From assembly GCF_003704095.1 (NCBI RefSeq), contig NW_020847441.1, forward strand, positions 1-63,548: a stretch of 63,548 bases of DNA, in the 5' to 3' direction. This stretch comes from Pocillopora damicornis. Taxonomy: Eukaryota. The translations under genes and the position numbers were made by a program. Every line of letters begins with the position of its first letter. Positions within the stretch are counted from its first letter, which is position 1. The notes beneath the pieces were generated by a model, which saw nothing but the letters and a program-made list of their open reading frames with translations, had not been told where the DNA came from and searched no databases. Shown one piece after another: positions 63,097 through 63,548 of the stretch.

Positions 63097-63548
63097 CATC
63101 AATTAATTAAAAAGTCTAGATGTTCAATTAGTGCAAAAAAATAGAAACCAGCATAAGTGGAAGCGAGTACANNNNNNNNNNNNNNNNNNNNNNNNNNNNN
63201 NNNNNNNNNNNNNNNNNNNNNNNNNNNNNNNNNNNNNNNNNNNNNNNNNNNNNNNNNNNNNNNNNNNNNNNTTTTTGACACAGTAACACGTTTAAAGTCA
63301 GTGACAGTAATATATCTTGGCCATTTCTCTTAGCGACTTAAATCATTAAGACTGCAGCAGTATTATCATTAAAAATGATATNNNNNNNNNNCACGCCGAG
63401 ATGGCAAGAAACACAACCATTTCTAGCCTTGATCATTTTCTATGGACCTTTATCCCACTTAGAAGTTATAAATTTTTGTTTTACTTTTCAATTCGTAAGG
63501 ATTGGGCAATGCGTAGCTGGCAACATTCTCAAGTAATCTTTCAAATCA

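Overview
AT-rich, intron-containing animal genomic DNA from a gapped draft scaffold. The gene and repeat content suggests a cnidarian, most likely a scleractinian coral (inference). The ORF track captures only fragments, so genes were rebuilt by hand from splice sites and exon phases. Left to right: a Ly6/uPAR three-finger membrane-protein gene with an in-frame TAG; the last two exons of myosin V; a cationic single-domain rhamnose-binding (SUEL) lectin; a 10-exon KTI12 with a U12-type AT-AC intron, head-to-head with an ER thioredoxin-domain membrane protein; CDC42SE with a probable alternative first coding exon; an orphan 2-TM ORF; two fibrinogen-related (FReD) genes plus a pseudogene; and a cluster of three astacin metalloprotease genes plus the MAM-encoding end of a probable fourth, two on each strand and converging. 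The astacin tails differ: poly-Gly+ShK, poly-Gly+ShK+MAM, a Pro/Thr linker, and MAM. Repeats include Harbinger-type elements, an RTE LINE 3' end, MITEs, tRNA-derived palindromic repeats and two sense-strand minimal hammerhead-ribozyme motifs in introns of one astacin. Best leads: an astacin-tethered ShK domain that keeps the Lys-Tyr K+-channel dyad, a GA-AG intron in the same gene, a Met-turn Tyr>Phe astacin, the paired intronic hammerheads, the U12 intron and the CDC42SE N-terminal switch. The region 51044-63391 is heavily gapped, so gene models and orientation there are less certain.
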